DNA of 64,000 nt from Dehalococcoidia bacterium (GCA_009693045.1 SHXZ01000011.1:6967-70966); one strand, 5' to 3'. Counted from the first letter of the stretch, positions 47,675 through 57,304 are shown. Numbers and translations: made by a program. Notes: generated from the letters alone by a model not told the origin.

Positions 47675-49390
47675 CTAATGCGCCTTCTGCCCGGCCGTCG
47701 CCCGCTGCTTCAGCCGTGGGTCTTCAATAAGCTCCGCCAGCGATTGCCCCGCAGGGATCATTGGGTACACATTCTCCATCGGGTCTACCACAAAGTCCAC
47801 CAGCACCGGCCCAGGATGAGCGTTCGCCTTCTTGATGGCGTCCGCGATCTCGTCACTCTTGGTCACGCGGATCCCCGGCATCCCAAAGGCGTCCGCCAGC
47901 TTCACAAAGTCCGGGTTCTTGGTGTACAGCGTCGCCACGTAGCTGTCCTTGTAGAAGATGGTCTGCCACTGCCGGACCATCCCCAGGCAGTTGTTGTTGA
48001 AGATGGCAAACTTCACGGGGATGTTGTTCTCCGCGCAGGTCGCCAGCTCGTACATCGTCATCTGGAAACCGCCGTCGCCCGCCAGTGACCACACCGTCTT
48101 GTCCGGCCGCGCCACGGCGGCGCCCATGGCGGCTGGCACCTCGTACCCCATCGTCCCCTGGCCACCCGAGGAGAGGAACAGCCCGCGCTCCTTGAATCGG
48201 TACAGCTGCGCGGCCCACATCTGGTGCTGCCCCACGCCCGTGACGATAATGGCCCGCCCGTCCGTCAGCTTGGACAGCGACTCCACCACCTCTTGCTGGT
48301 ACACGTACTCCCCGCCCTTCGGAACAAAAAGCGGGTGCTCTTTCTTGAGCCGGTCAAGGTGCGCCAGCCACTCGGGGTGCGTGGCGGGTGCAATGTACTG
48401 CGAAAGCTGCCGCAGCACCCGGTTCGCATCGCCCGCAATGCCCACCGTCGGGCGCACGTTCTTCCCGATCTCCGCAGGGTCAATGTCCACGTGGATGATC
48501 TTGGCGCCCGGCGCGAACGCGCTCAGCCTCCCCGTCACCCGGTCGTCAAACCGCATCCCGATGGCGATGAGCAGGTCGGCCTCATTGATCGCCATGCTTG
48601 CCCACGCCACGCCGTGCATCCCAGGCATCCCCAGGTTGAGCGGGTGGTCCGACACCATGCCGCCTACGCCCAGCAGGGTCGTGATGACCGGCGTCTGCGT
48701 CTTCTCGGCCAGCTGCTGGACCTCATCAAACGCGTTCGCGATGATGACGCCGTGCCCCGCCAGGATCACCGGGCGCTGCGCTTGCGCGATGAGCTGCGCG
48801 GCCTGCTTCAGGTCCGCGGGGTTCGCATCCAGCACCGGCCGGTAGTCCACCTCAAACTGCGGCTCCTCCGGCCATACGAAGTCCCCGACCTCGGTCTGCA
48901 CGTCTTTCGGAAAGTCAATCAGCACCGGCCCTGGGCGTCCCGTCTTCGCCAGATAAAACGCCTCGCGGACCACGCGGGGCACGTCCACCGCGTGCATCAC
49001 TTGGTAGCTGTGCTTCACTACCGGCATGGACGCGCCGATGATGTCGGTCTCCTGGAACGCGTCTGTGCCGATGGCGCCGCGCGCCACCTGCCCCGTGATG
49101 CACACCATCGGCACCGAGTCCGTCTGCGCGCACGCGATGCCGGTGATCATGTTGGTTGAGCCTGGGCCGGAGGTGCCGATCGCCACGCCGGTCCTGCCGG
49201 ATGCGCGTGAGTACCCGTCTGCGGCGTGCGTCGCGCCCTGCTCGTGCCGCACCAGAATGTGCTTCAACGCGGGGAACTCCGGCAGCGTTTGGTAGAACGG
49301 CAGGATCGCTCCGCCGGGGATGCCGAACATCACGTCCACACCCTCGCGGATGAGGGACTCACACATCATCTGGGCGCCGGTCATTTTCAT
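47675..49390 (-). CDS. ilvB: Acetolactate synthase large subunit (ThDP-dependent)
   Basis: N-terminus GAQMMCESLIREGVDVMFGIPGG and ThDP motif GDGGFQMTMYELAT...NN. Confidence 0.95.
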   Translation of the reverse strand: MKMTGAQMMCESLIREGVDVMFGIPGGAILPFYQTLPEFPALKHILVRHEQGATHAADGYSRASGRTGVAIGTSGPGSTNMITGIACAQTDSVPMVCITGQVARGAIGTDAFQETDIIGASMPVVKHSYQVMHAVDVPRVVREAFYLAKTGRPGPVLIDFPKDVQTEVGDFVWPEEPQFEVDYRPVLDANPADLKQAAQLIAQAQRPVILAGHGVIIANAFDEVQQLAEKTQTPVITTLLGVGGMVSDHPLNLGMPGMHGVAWASMAINEADLLIAIGMRFDDRVTGRLSAFAPGAKIIHVDIDPAEIGKNVRPTVGIAGDANRVLRQLSQYIAPATHPEWLAHLDRLKKEHPLFVPKGGEYVYQQEVVESLSKLTDGRAIIVTGVGQHQMWAAQLYRFKERGLFLSSGGQGTMGYEVPAAMGAAVARPDKTVWSLAGDGGFQMTMYELATCAENNIPVKFAIFNNNCLGMVRQWQTIFYKDSYVATLYTKNPDFVKLADAFGMPGIRVTKSDEIADAIKKANAHPGPVLVDFVVDPMENVYPMIPAGQSLAELIEDPRLKQRATAGQKAH

Positions 49391-49714
49391 CCAGGTCTCC
49401 TTCGGTTTGACACTCGCCAGGGTCTTTCCCCGGCGTCAAGCTGCGGTAACGCCTGCACCATCCGCCGTGAACAAAAAGTCCCATCCTTCCCAGGAAGGAC
49501 GGGACTTTCCCGCGGTACCACCCCTGTTCCCGACAGCCTGCGGCCGACGGACACTCTCGGCGGTAACGGCGCCACCGTTGAGGGCTACTCCTGCGGCTTC
49601 ACCCTCTCCGCTCCGGGGTGAGTTCCCGCTCTTCGCTACCGGCTCACACTCACCGCCGGCTTTCTGGAGCGAAGGAGGACGGTACTGCTCCCCTTCCCAG
49701 CATTTGACAGTAAT
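49391..49714 (-). promoter_or_regulatory. T-box riboswitch leader (tRNA-Leu, specifier CUC) of the ilvBNC-leu cluster
   Basis: On the minus strand, stem I carries AGUA, an AGAAAG bulge and the distal loop GGUGAGUGUGA. The specifier loop reads GAA-CUC-A, with CUC at 49622-49620. The T-box GGGUGGUACCGCG is at 49523-49511. The terminator agucccguccuucc/ggaaggaugggacu (49506-49477) is followed by UUUUU. Confidence 0.85.
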
Positions 49715-49721
49715 CCCAAAT

Positions 49722-49750
49722 AGTGTACAGACCGATGAAAACGGTGTCAA
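49722..49750 (-). promoter_or_regulatory. Promoter of the ilvB T-box leader (TTGACA-N17-TACACT)
   Basis: -35 at 49750-49745 and -10 at 49727-49722 on the minus strand. Confidence 0.55.
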
Positions 49751-49832
49751 GCGCGAGAAGGCGCTGGGCGAGAGAAAAACGTGGCTGCGGCTAATACTTC
49801 GCTAGCTCCTTTACTCTACGACAACTGGTCAT

Positions 49833-51167
49833 TCAGCCTTTCCCCCTCCCCTCTCCCCACCACCGCCGCACCTGCTCCGCAACCTCGCGTTCGTACCCCT
49901 GGTCGCTCGGCTCGTAGTAGACGCGGCCCTTCAGGCGCTCCGGCAGGTTCTGCATCCGCACAAAGTGCCCTGGAGCGTCGTGGGCGTACTGGTACCCTTG
50001 CCCGTAGCCCTGCGCCTTCATCAGCGGCGTCACCGCGTTGCGGAGGTGCATCGGCACCGGGTCGTTGCGCGACGTGCGCACGTCCTCCCGCGCCCGGTTC
50101 AGCGCCACGTACGCCGCGTTGGACTTCGGCGCGGTAGCCAGATATACCGTCGCCTCCGCCAGCGGAATCGCGCCCTCCGGCAGCCCGATGAAGTGCACCG
50201 CCTGCTGTGCCGCCACCGCCACCGGCAGCGCATGCGGGTCCGCCATCCCTATGTCCTCCGCGGCCAGAATCACGATCCGACGCGCGATGAACATCGGGTC
50301 CTCGCCCGCCTCCAGCATCCGCGCGAGCCAGTACACCGCCGCGTCCGGGTCCGACGAGCGCACGCACTTGATGAACGCCGAGATCGTGTCGTAGTGCTGG
50401 TCGCCCGCCTGGTCGTACAGGAGGCTGCGCTGCTGGAGCGCGTCTTCCACCGTGGCAAGGGCGACCCGGCGCGCGTCGTCGGCGTCAGGCTTGCTTGCCC
50501 GAGCGGCCAGCTCCAGCCCGTTCAGCGCGATGCGCGCGTCCCCGCCGGCCGACGCCACCAGGAACGTCAGCGCGTCCGGCGCAAGCTCCACCTTCAACGT
50601 CCCCAGGCCGCGCTCCTGGTCGGCGAGCGCCCGCTCCACGATGGCCCCCACCTGCTCGTCCGTGAGCTGGTGCAGTGTGAACACCCGGCACCGCGACAAC
50701 AGCGGCGCGTTCACCTCAAACGACGGGTTCTCCGTAGTTGCGCCGATGAACGTGACCGTGCCGTCCTCCACGTGCGGGAGGATGGCGTCCTGCTGTGCCT
50801 TGTTGAACCGGTGGATCTCGTCCACGAACAGGATGCTCCGCTGGCGGTGCTGTCCCCGGCGCTCCTTGGCCTGCTCCACCGCGCGCCGCAGATCGGCGAC
50901 GCCCGCCGAGACTGCCGACATCGCCTCAAAGTGCGAGTTCGTGACGTTGGCGATGAGCAGCGCCAGTGTCGTCTTGCCGGAGCCCGGCGGCCCCCACAAG
51001 ATGATGGACGGGAGTTGGTCCGCCTCAATCGCGCGGCGCAGCACCCGCCCCGGCCCCACCACGTGCTCTTGTCCCATGAACTCGTCAAACGTCCGCGGGC
51101 GCATCCGCGCCGCCAACGGCGCTTCGCGTTCGGCCTGGGCCTTCCGAGAGTGCTCAAACAGCGTCAT
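49833..51167 (-). CDS. rarA: Replication-associated recombination protein A (MgsA/RarA AAA+ ATPase)
   Basis: Motifs GPPGSGKTT, LFVDEIHRFNKAQQDA and the MgsA C-terminal domain. Confidence 0.93.
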   Translation of the reverse strand: MTLFEHSRKAQAEREAPLAARMRPRTFDEFMGQEHVVGPGRVLRRAIEADQLPSIILWGPPGSGKTTLALLIANVTNSHFEAMSAVSAGVADLRRAVEQAKERRGQHRQRSILFVDEIHRFNKAQQDAILPHVEDGTVTFIGATTENPSFEVNAPLLSRCRVFTLHQLTDEQVGAIVERALADQERGLGTLKVELAPDALTFLVASAGGDARIALNGLELAARASKPDADDARRVALATVEDALQQRSLLYDQAGDQHYDTISAFIKCVRSSDPDAAVYWLARMLEAGEDPMFIARRIVILAAEDIGMADPHALPVAVAAQQAVHFIGLPEGAIPLAEATVYLATAPKSNAAYVALNRAREDVRTSRNDPVPMHLRNAVTPLMKAQGYGQGYQYAHDAPGHFVRMQNLPERLKGRVYYEPSDQGYEREVAEQVRRWWGEGRGKG

Positions 51168-51177
51168 TTAGGCACTC

Positions 51178-51609
51178 CTAGAACCATCGCCCTTGTTCAA
51201 CCGGAATATTTGGGGCATGTTGTTCTACCACCTTGAGAAATCCAACCATATCAGCCGGATAGATAGGGATATCTCTGAACCGGCCCGAGTTCATCCTTAG
51301 GTTACAATAGCGCATTCCAGCTATGTTGTTGACCCTTTGAATCCTTTCAATCCGTCTATAGGGATACCGCCAATTGAAGGGCGGATAAATCACGCCTACG
51401 TCATCGCTAGTCACTTGTATCTTCGCAAACAATGACCAAACCCACATACACACACCAAATACTGTGACACGGCTCATGACAAGGAGAGTAATGTGCCACC
51501 CCATCTCAAAAAACAGAGGAAATACCAAAACGCCGCCGAGTACGAGAAGCACAAATACAGATCGCCAACTTAAGTTGCTAGCCTTTACGCGAAAAATTTG
51601 AGGAGACAC
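51178..51609 (-). CDS. Hypothetical membrane protein (two TM helices plus a small soluble domain) in an AT-richer islet
   Basis: ORF with a clearly different base composition from its neighbours. No family recognised with confidence. Confidence 0.5.
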   Translation of the reverse strand: MSPQIFRVKASNLSWRSVFVLLVLGGVLVFPLFFEMGWHITLLVMSRVTVFGVCMWVWSLFAKIQVTSDDVGVIYPPFNWRYPYRRIERIQRVNNIAGMRYCNLRMNSGRFRDIPIYPADMVGFLKVVEQHAPNIPVEQGRWF

Positions 51610-51819
51610 GTCCTCATTCTACGCGAAGAGAATTGCACAGCGCAGGCGGTGTCGAGCTTCCCGCAGAGTCCGATTCGCACAGCACACGTTCCGCCTCACA
51701 TCGAAAGACACAAGGGAAGACTCAAGCTCTTCCCAAGGGACTTGTAACGCTGTAGTATAAAGTCACTCTATTGCGGTTGCCGGGGTCCTCCCCAGGCAAC
51801 CCCCTATCGGGAGCAGGCA

Positions 51820-53526
51820 ATGACCGACCTCCCAACAATGTTGGACTTCGTTCTCGCCGTCGTGGCCGCCTTCCTGGGCGGCGCCGTCCTCAGGCGTCTC
51901 GGCCAACCCCCCCTCGTCGGCTACCTCCTCGCGGGCGTTATCCTCGGCCCATCGGCCCTCGGCTTCATAGATGACACTAACCGCATCGCCACCCTGGCCC
52001 AGCTGGGCGTCGCCTTCCTCATGTTCTCCGCCGGCACTGAGCTCTCACTCTCCCAGCTCCGCGCCATGCAAGGCATCGCGCTTGTCGGGCCGTGGCTCCA
52101 GTTTCTGCTCACCGTGCCCTTCGTCATTCTGGCGGTGGTGTGGACCCATTGGCCGGTCACCGAAGTCACCTACCTCGGCATCGTCGTTGCCCTCTCCAGC
52201 ACCACGGTGGCAATCAAGCTCCTCTCGCAACGCGGTGAGCTGGAGACCCAGCACGGGCGCGCCGCTGTCGCCTTCTCCATGGTGCAGGACCTACCGATGA
52301 TCCCCGCCATGGTGGTCTTTTCAGCCCTCACCGCCGCCGGAGACCGTGGCGGCCTCGCGATGGCGGGAAGCATCATGGCTTCCGTTGGGAAAGCCGTCGG
52401 CTTCGTCGTCGTCACGTACGCCGTCGGCACCAAGGTGGTTCCCGTCGTGCTGCGGCGGGTCTCCGCGCAGGGCGACGAGATGCTCCTGCTCGCCGTCGTT
52501 GGCATCGCGCTCGGCATGGCATATCTGAGCAACCTCATCGGCATCTCGCTCATCCTCGGCGCGTTCATCGCGGGCCTTGTCGTCGCCGAGTCCGAGGTGA
52601 ACTACCGCGTCCTCAAGCAGGTCGGTCCAATCAGCGACTTATTCGTCACCTTCTTCTTCCTCTCCGTCGGCATGCTGCTGGATGTCCGGTTCGTGCTCAC
52701 CCACCTGCCCCAGGTGCTGCTCCTTGTCGCCATCATCATGGTGGGCAAGGCGGTCATCCTCGCCGCCGTTGGCATGATGCTCCGTCAGTCCGGGCGGTCG
52801 GCGGTGTTGTTCGGCCTAAGCCTCGGCCAGATCGGCGAGGAGGCGTTCCTGCTCGCCCAGGTGGGCCTCGCCATTGGGGTGCTCAGCGGGACCTCGTATT
52901 CACTCGTCATCGCCGGCGCAGTGCTCTCCATCGCGCTCAGCCCCATTGTTATGGCCGCGTCGGCGCCGCTCCTCCGTGGTTTGGAGGCCGTGCCGCTGCT
53001 GGGCCATTCGTTCCGCGAGGCGTGGCGCAGAGGCAAGAGCGCTGATGCGCAGCTGACGGGCCACGCCATCGTCTGCGGGTACGGGCAGGTGGGCAAAGAG
53101 CTTGCCCACGCGCTGGAACGCCGTGGCGTTAAATACGTGGTGGTGGAGCGCATGCCGTACCAGGTGGCGTCCCTGCGCGAGCGGGGCGTGCCCTACGTCC
53201 TGGGCGACGCGGCACACTCGCTTACCCTCAGCCGTGCGGGCATCCAGCAGGCGGCCAGCATGGCGGTCACGTTCTCCGGCCCGGCCTCCGTTGAGGCCGT
53301 CGTGAGGTCTGCGCGGAGGCTGCATTCCACCCTGCCCATTGTGGTTCAGGGAACGGGCAACGAGGAGATGGTGGAGGACCTGCAGCAGGTGGGCGCCACC
53401 GAGGTCGTCCACCCCAACTTTGAGGCGAGCATGGAGTTCATCCGCCAGGTCCTGCGTCGCAGCGGCGTCCCGTCCCACGTGGTGGACCGCGCAGTGACCT
53501 CGCGGCGCATCGGGTTCTACGGCTAG
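51820..53526 (+). CDS. Cation:proton antiporter (CPA2/Kef-type) with a C-terminal RCK/TrkA-N domain
   Basis: Na_H_Exchanger-type membrane domain followed by the Rossmann motif IVCGYGQVGKELAHAL. Confidence 0.88.
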   Translation: MTDLPTMLDFVLAVVAAFLGGAVLRRLGQPPLVGYLLAGVILGPSALGFIDDTNRIATLAQLGVAFLMFSAGTELSLSQLRAMQGIALVGPWLQFLLTVPFVILAVVWTHWPVTEVTYLGIVVALSSTTVAIKLLSQRGELETQHGRAAVAFSMVQDLPMIPAMVVFSALTAAGDRGGLAMAGSIMASVGKAVGFVVVTYAVGTKVVPVVLRRVSAQGDEMLLLAVVGIALGMAYLSNLIGISLILGAFIAGLVVAESEVNYRVLKQVGPISDLFVTFFFLSVGMLLDVRFVLTHLPQVLLLVAIIMVGKAVILAAVGMMLRQSGRSAVLFGLSLGQIGEEAFLLAQVGLAIGVLSGTSYSLVIAGAVLSIALSPIVMAASAPLLRGLEAVPLLGHSFREAWRRGKSADAQLTGHAIVCGYGQVGKELAHALERRGVKYVVVERMPYQVASLRERGVPYVLGDAAHSLTLSRAGIQQAASMAVTFSGPASVEAVVRSARRLHSTLPIVVQGTGNEEMVEDLQQVGATEVVHPNFEASMEFIRQVLRRSGVPSHVVDRAVTSRRIGFYG

Positions 53527-53571
53527 CGAATGAACCGTTTACCCTCTCCCGACGGGAGAGGTCTGACTGCA

Positions 53572-53668
53572 CGACACTTTTGAGCTTGATCCTTGGTTGT
53601 TGGTCATCACCTGGCTCTAGGTGCTGCGTCACCCCTCTCCAAATCATTGGAGGGGGGTGGGGGTGAGG
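53572..53668 (+). repeat. Family-F element of about 97 bp (CGACACTTTTG ... CTCTCCAAAT-N-ATTGGAG..GGGGTGAGG)
   Basis: Same termini and length as 58432-58529. The interior has diverged. Confidence 0.7.
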
Positions 53669-53745
53669 CAATCACGCGGCGCAGCGTCTCACCTTGGCAA
53701 ACAGTAACAAATGGCGTCGTGTATTGAGCTGAGTGAAGGTGCCAG

Positions 53746-54540
53746 CTACGCCGCTGCCCGGGGCCGCGCGGCCACCGCAGCGCTGCCCAGCAACACCCCC
53801 GCGATCTCCTTGGCGTGCGAGAGTGGCGCCTCGTGCCCCGCGTCCAGCGTCACCACGCCGGCCTTCAGGCGCAGCGCGTTCGCGAGCTGCGTCTTGTAGG
53901 GTAACAGGCCGTTCCTCCGTAGCGCGATGTAAGTGACGGGACACGGCGGCGTCAGAGCGTCCGGGTGCGGCAGGGAGTCCAGCATCTTGAGCGGCAGCGG
54001 CCCCAGCTTGCCCAGCACCATGACCGCCGCCTCCGGATAGTCCATGCCCCGGCACCACAGCCGCCAGGCCGCCTCGCGGTGCAGCCGCACTGTGCCGGGC
54101 ACCGTGCCAGGCCGCAGCATGTGGGCGTTCAGAGCCACCCGCGCCAGCAGCGGCAGCTCCTCGGTAGGCGTTCCCACAAACGAAGGCACCGCTCCCGCTA
54201 CCAGGATGATCCGCTGTGGCCGCGACCGCATCCGGCGCGCAACCTCCAGGGCTATCAGCGCGGTCAGGCCGTGCGCCACCACCGTCGGCGACCGGAGCTG
54301 CGCGCGTTCAGCGGCGGCCAGAAGCTCGTCTACAACGACGTCAAACGTCATCATCTCCGGATTTCCCTGGCCCTGGCGCGCGCCGTGGTAGGGTAGGTCC
54401 GGAGCCAGGATGGTGCCCGGCCGGTACAGATCGTGGTACAGCGAGTCATGCCCGCGCAGCGCGTCTTCCAGCGCCGCCTTGACGTACGCCCAGGCCCAGG
54501 CGCCGTGGCCTGCATCGTGGATAAGCAGATAGTCAGGCAT
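53746..54540 (-). CDS. Alpha/beta-hydrolase-fold protein lacking the canonical nucleophile elbow
   Basis: N-terminus LLIHDAGHGAWAWAYV (methylesterase/SABP2-like). The elbow reads VVAHGLTAL instead of G-H-S-x-G. C-terminal AGHEAP is retained. Confidence 0.65.
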   Translation of the reverse strand: MPDYLLIHDAGHGAWAWAYVKAALEDALRGHDSLYHDLYRPGTILAPDLPYHGARQGQGNPEMMTFDVVVDELLAAAERAQLRSPTVVAHGLTALIALEVARRMRSRPQRIILVAGAVPSFVGTPTEELPLLARVALNAHMLRPGTVPGTVRLHREAAWRLWCRGMDYPEAAVMVLGKLGPLPLKMLDSLPHPDALTPPCPVTYIALRRNGLLPYKTQLANALRLKAGVVTLDAGHEAPLSHAKEIAGVLLGSAAVAARPRAAA

Positions 54541-54695
54541 CAGTTACCCTCAGTCCGGCAGCAATCGCAACAACGTTCGGCCCGCGGTACGACGGTAAAG
54601 CAAACCTCATCCCCAGCGTGCAGGCAGCAACAAGGATAGGCGCAACGTCGGTTCCGAACAAGAGGCATGCCGCTTCAAGGATGCGGCTGCATGGA

Positions 54696-54726
54696 AAGCG
54701 GGCCAGGACATCGTCCTGGCCCGCTT
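54696..54726 (-). terminator. Intrinsic-terminator-like hairpin downstream of the cupredoxin gene
   Basis: 13-bp stem aagcgggccagga/uccuggcccgcuu followed by UUU on the minus strand. Confidence 0.5.
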
Positions 54727-54788
54727 CTGTTGGCGCTCTGGATTCTGTTAGGAGTTACGCGGTTGCCCGTCAGCCCATGCCCATCGCC

Positions 54789-54845
54789 GCCATTCTGAGG
54801 GAGCGGAGCGACCGAGGAATCTCCCTACGTTTCGTCACTCGCCCA
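54789..54845 (+). repeat. Family-C left half (GCCATTCTGAGGGAGCGGAGCGACCGAGGAATCTCCC...), close copy of 60377-60433
   Basis: Direct comparison shows only a few mismatches over about 57 bp. The right terminal inverted repeat is absent or degenerate. Confidence 0.8.
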
Positions 54846-54929
54846 GATACCTGGCCATTCCCTCAGGTCTGATGTCTCCAACTGCGTAAGTCCTATCTGT
54901 AGGAGCAAACCAGCCAGAAAGCGAACGCC

Positions 54930-55568
54930 CTAGTAATCGTACCCTGACGTGCTCGCAGCGGGAGAGGTTGTGCTCGCAGCAACGTCCAACGACCCTGTCA
55001 TGCCTGCGTGGAACTGGCAGAAGAACTCAATCTTCCCCGTATTGCTGATGGTGATGGGATCGCCGTTCTTGCTCTGCCCGCCGTTGACGATGACGTCGTA
55101 CCCACCGCCCCCTGGCACGCTGAACGAGAAGGAGTGCGTAACGCTGTCCTTGTTGGTGGCGGCAAAGCGCACGGCCTCGCTCAGTTTGATGCTGATCACC
55201 CCAGGCTTGAAGCTGAGATTTGCCATCTCTACCGCAATGGTCTTGACCGCGGGCACCGATTGCTGCGGCGCAGGGGAGGTGGCGCCTCCCTGGGGCGCAG
55301 CAATCGGTGCAGGAGTTGGCGCGGGTGCCGGTGCAGCTTGAGGGGCTGGCTGTGCCGTCGGGGCCGGAACGGGCATGGCGGCCGGTTGGGCCGCCGGTGT
55401 CGGCGTTGGCGTGGCGCTGGACTGCGCGGGCGCCGCGTTGGGCTGCGCCGCCGGTGTGGGCGTTTGCTGAGTCGTGGCCGGTGTAGCCGTCGTCTCTCCG
55501 CTGCCCGAGCACGCCACGGCAAGCACAACCACCAAGACTAGAGCGCCAACGAGCCTCTTCATTGACAC
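54930..55568 (-). CDS. Cupredoxin (plastocyanin/halocyanin-like blue-copper) lipoprotein with a Pro/Ala/Thr linker
   Basis: Signal peptide with LAVAC. Type-1 Cu ligand pattern ...FFCQFHAGMTG... Confidence 0.75.
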   Translation of the reverse strand: MSMKRLVGALVLVVVLAVACSGSGETTATPATTQQTPTPAAQPNAAPAQSSATPTPTPAAQPAAMPVPAPTAQPAPQAAPAPAPTPAPIAAPQGGATSPAPQQSVPAVKTIAVEMANLSFKPGVISIKLSEAVRFAATNKDSVTHSFSFSVPGGGGYDVIVNGGQSKNGDPITISNTGKIEFFCQFHAGMTGSLDVAASTTSPAASTSGYDY

Positions 55569-55670
55569 ATGCCTCCCGAAAGGACTTGGTCGCGCCTGGG
55601 CGCGGCCTTACGCATGGGTATCGTCAACAATACGTGCCGCCAGGTCCGTGTGGATTGCTATCGTCCCACA

Positions 55671-55694
55671 GGGAAGGGGGCCAGGGGGTTAGGT
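55671..55694 (+). repeat. Family-A right half plus tail (GGGAAGGGGGCCAGGGGGTTAGGT); left arm missing
   Basis: Seen directly. Confidence 0.7.
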
Positions 55695-55907
55695 TGGCGG
55701 GGAAGCGGGTGGGCGGCACGTTCCGAAGTGATTTGCATCGCGAGTCTCTTGGAGAGAGCTAGCGCCTGCCCGGTCCAAAGCAGAAGCGGGGCAGGGCAGA
55801 TCATCGCCCTGACCCTTGTCCCTGCGCGTGGCGACGGCTACCATTGGACGGGTGACGAATATCGCCGAGCCTTACCGCCGTTCCGGTGCTTAGCCCAGGA
55901 GCCGTCC

Positions 55908-56633
55908 GTGTCTCAACAAGCGCCCGTCGCAATAGAAGCCGCCGCGCTCGCCAAGGCGTTCCATCCCAGGGCGGTGCTCCGTGGGATGGACCTGCGCGTC
56001 GCCTGGGGGGACTGCCTCGCGCTCTTCGGCCCCAACGGCGCGGGCAAGTCCACGCTCATCCGCGTCCTCGCCACCCTCGCCCGGCAGGACGCCGGACGCG
56101 TGCTCGTGGCCGGGAAAGACACCCTGCGCAGTCCGGCGGAGGCGCGCCGCGCCCTCGGCGTCCTCACCCACCAGACCATGCTCTACGACCACCTCACCGC
56201 GGCTGAGAACCTGCGCTTCCACGGCCGGATGTTCGCCGTCCCGCGCATTGAGGACCGCGTCCGCCAGGTGGCCGCACAGCTCGGCCTTGAGCAGCACCTG
56301 GAGCGGCGTGTCCACACCCTCTCCCACGGCATCCAGAAGCGGGTGTCGCTGGCCAGGGCGCTGCTGCACCGTCCGCGCGTCCTGCTGCTGGACGAGCCTG
56401 AGACCGGCCTGGACCCGGACGCGTTGGACATCATGGCCCGCGTCCTGGAACGCCACCGCAGCGACGGCGGCGCGGTACTGCTCACCACCCACAACGTGGA
56501 GGAGGGCCTTGCGCTGGCAACCCGAGTCGGCATCCTCGCCGACGGCCTCCTCGCCTACGAAGCGCCTCGGCAGCAAGTCACCGCGCAGTCGTTCCTCGCG
56601 CGCTACGCCCAGGCCGCCGGAGCGCGGGCGTGA
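55908..56633 (+). CDS. ccmA: Heme exporter ATP-binding protein CcmA
   Basis: GPNGAGKST, LSHGIQKR and LLLDEP. GTG 55908 follows aggag. It precedes ccmB and ccmC. Confidence 0.85.
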   Translation: MSQQAPVAIEAAALAKAFHPRAVLRGMDLRVAWGDCLALFGPNGAGKSTLIRVLATLARQDAGRVLVAGKDTLRSPAEARRALGVLTHQTMLYDHLTAAENLRFHGRMFAVPRIEDRVRQVAAQLGLEQHLERRVHTLSHGIQKRVSLARALLHRPRVLLLDEPETGLDPDALDIMARVLERHRSDGGAVLLTTHNVEEGLALATRVGILADGLLAYEAPRQQVTAQSFLARYAQAAGARA

Positions 56634-57304
56634 AGGCGTACATCAGGGCGGTGTTTGCCATCTTGTGGAAGGACTTCCTCCTGGAAATCCGCGCCAAGGA
56701 GGTCGTCACCCCCGTCCTTGTCTTCGCCCTGCTCGTAGCGATAACGTTCAACTTTGTCTTCGGCACTCAGCCCGCCCTCGTCGCCGTTGTAGCCTCGGGG
56801 ACGCTGTGGGTCTCGTTCACCTTCGCGGGCGTGCTGGGGCTTGGGCGGGCCTTCGCGTTGGAGAAGGAGCGCGGCGGCTTGGATGGCCTGACGCTTACGC
56901 CCGTCAGCCGCGACGCGCTCTACCTGGGCAAGCTGCTGAGCGCGTTCCTCTTCATGCTGGCCGTGGAAGTCGTCATGCTGCCCGTCATCAGCATCCTGTT
57001 TGACCTGCCGCTGGTGCTGCCCGCCCTGTGGCTCGTCGTCGTGCTCGCCACGCTCGGCTTCGCCGCGGTCGGCACCGTATTCTCCGCCCTCGCGGCCAGC
57101 ACCCGCGCCCGCGAGGTGCTGCTCCCCGTCCTCTTCTTCCCCATCGTCCTACCTGTTATCATAGCCGCCGTGGAGAGCACCAGCGCCATCCTGCGCGGCG
57201 ACGGCTGGAGCCAGTACGCCCGCTGGGTCGGCCTCACCGCCGCCTTCGATGCCGTGTTCATCGTCGTCTCCGCCGCCCTGTTCCAGTTCACGCTGGGAGA
57301 ATAG
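56630..57304 (+). CDS. ccmB: Heme exporter membrane protein CcmB
   Basis: Six-TM CcmB-like protein overlapping the ccmA stop. Confidence 0.85.
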   Translation: MKAYIRAVFAILWKDFLLEIRAKEVVTPVLVFALLVAITFNFVFGTQPALVAVVASGTLWVSFTFAGVLGLGRAFALEKERGGLDGLTLTPVSRDALYLGKLLSAFLFMLAVEVVMLPVISILFDLPLVLPALWLVVVLATLGFAAVGTVFSALAASTRAREVLLPVLFFPIVLPVIIAAVESTSAILRGDGWSQYARWVGLTAAFDAVFIVVSAALFQFTLGE

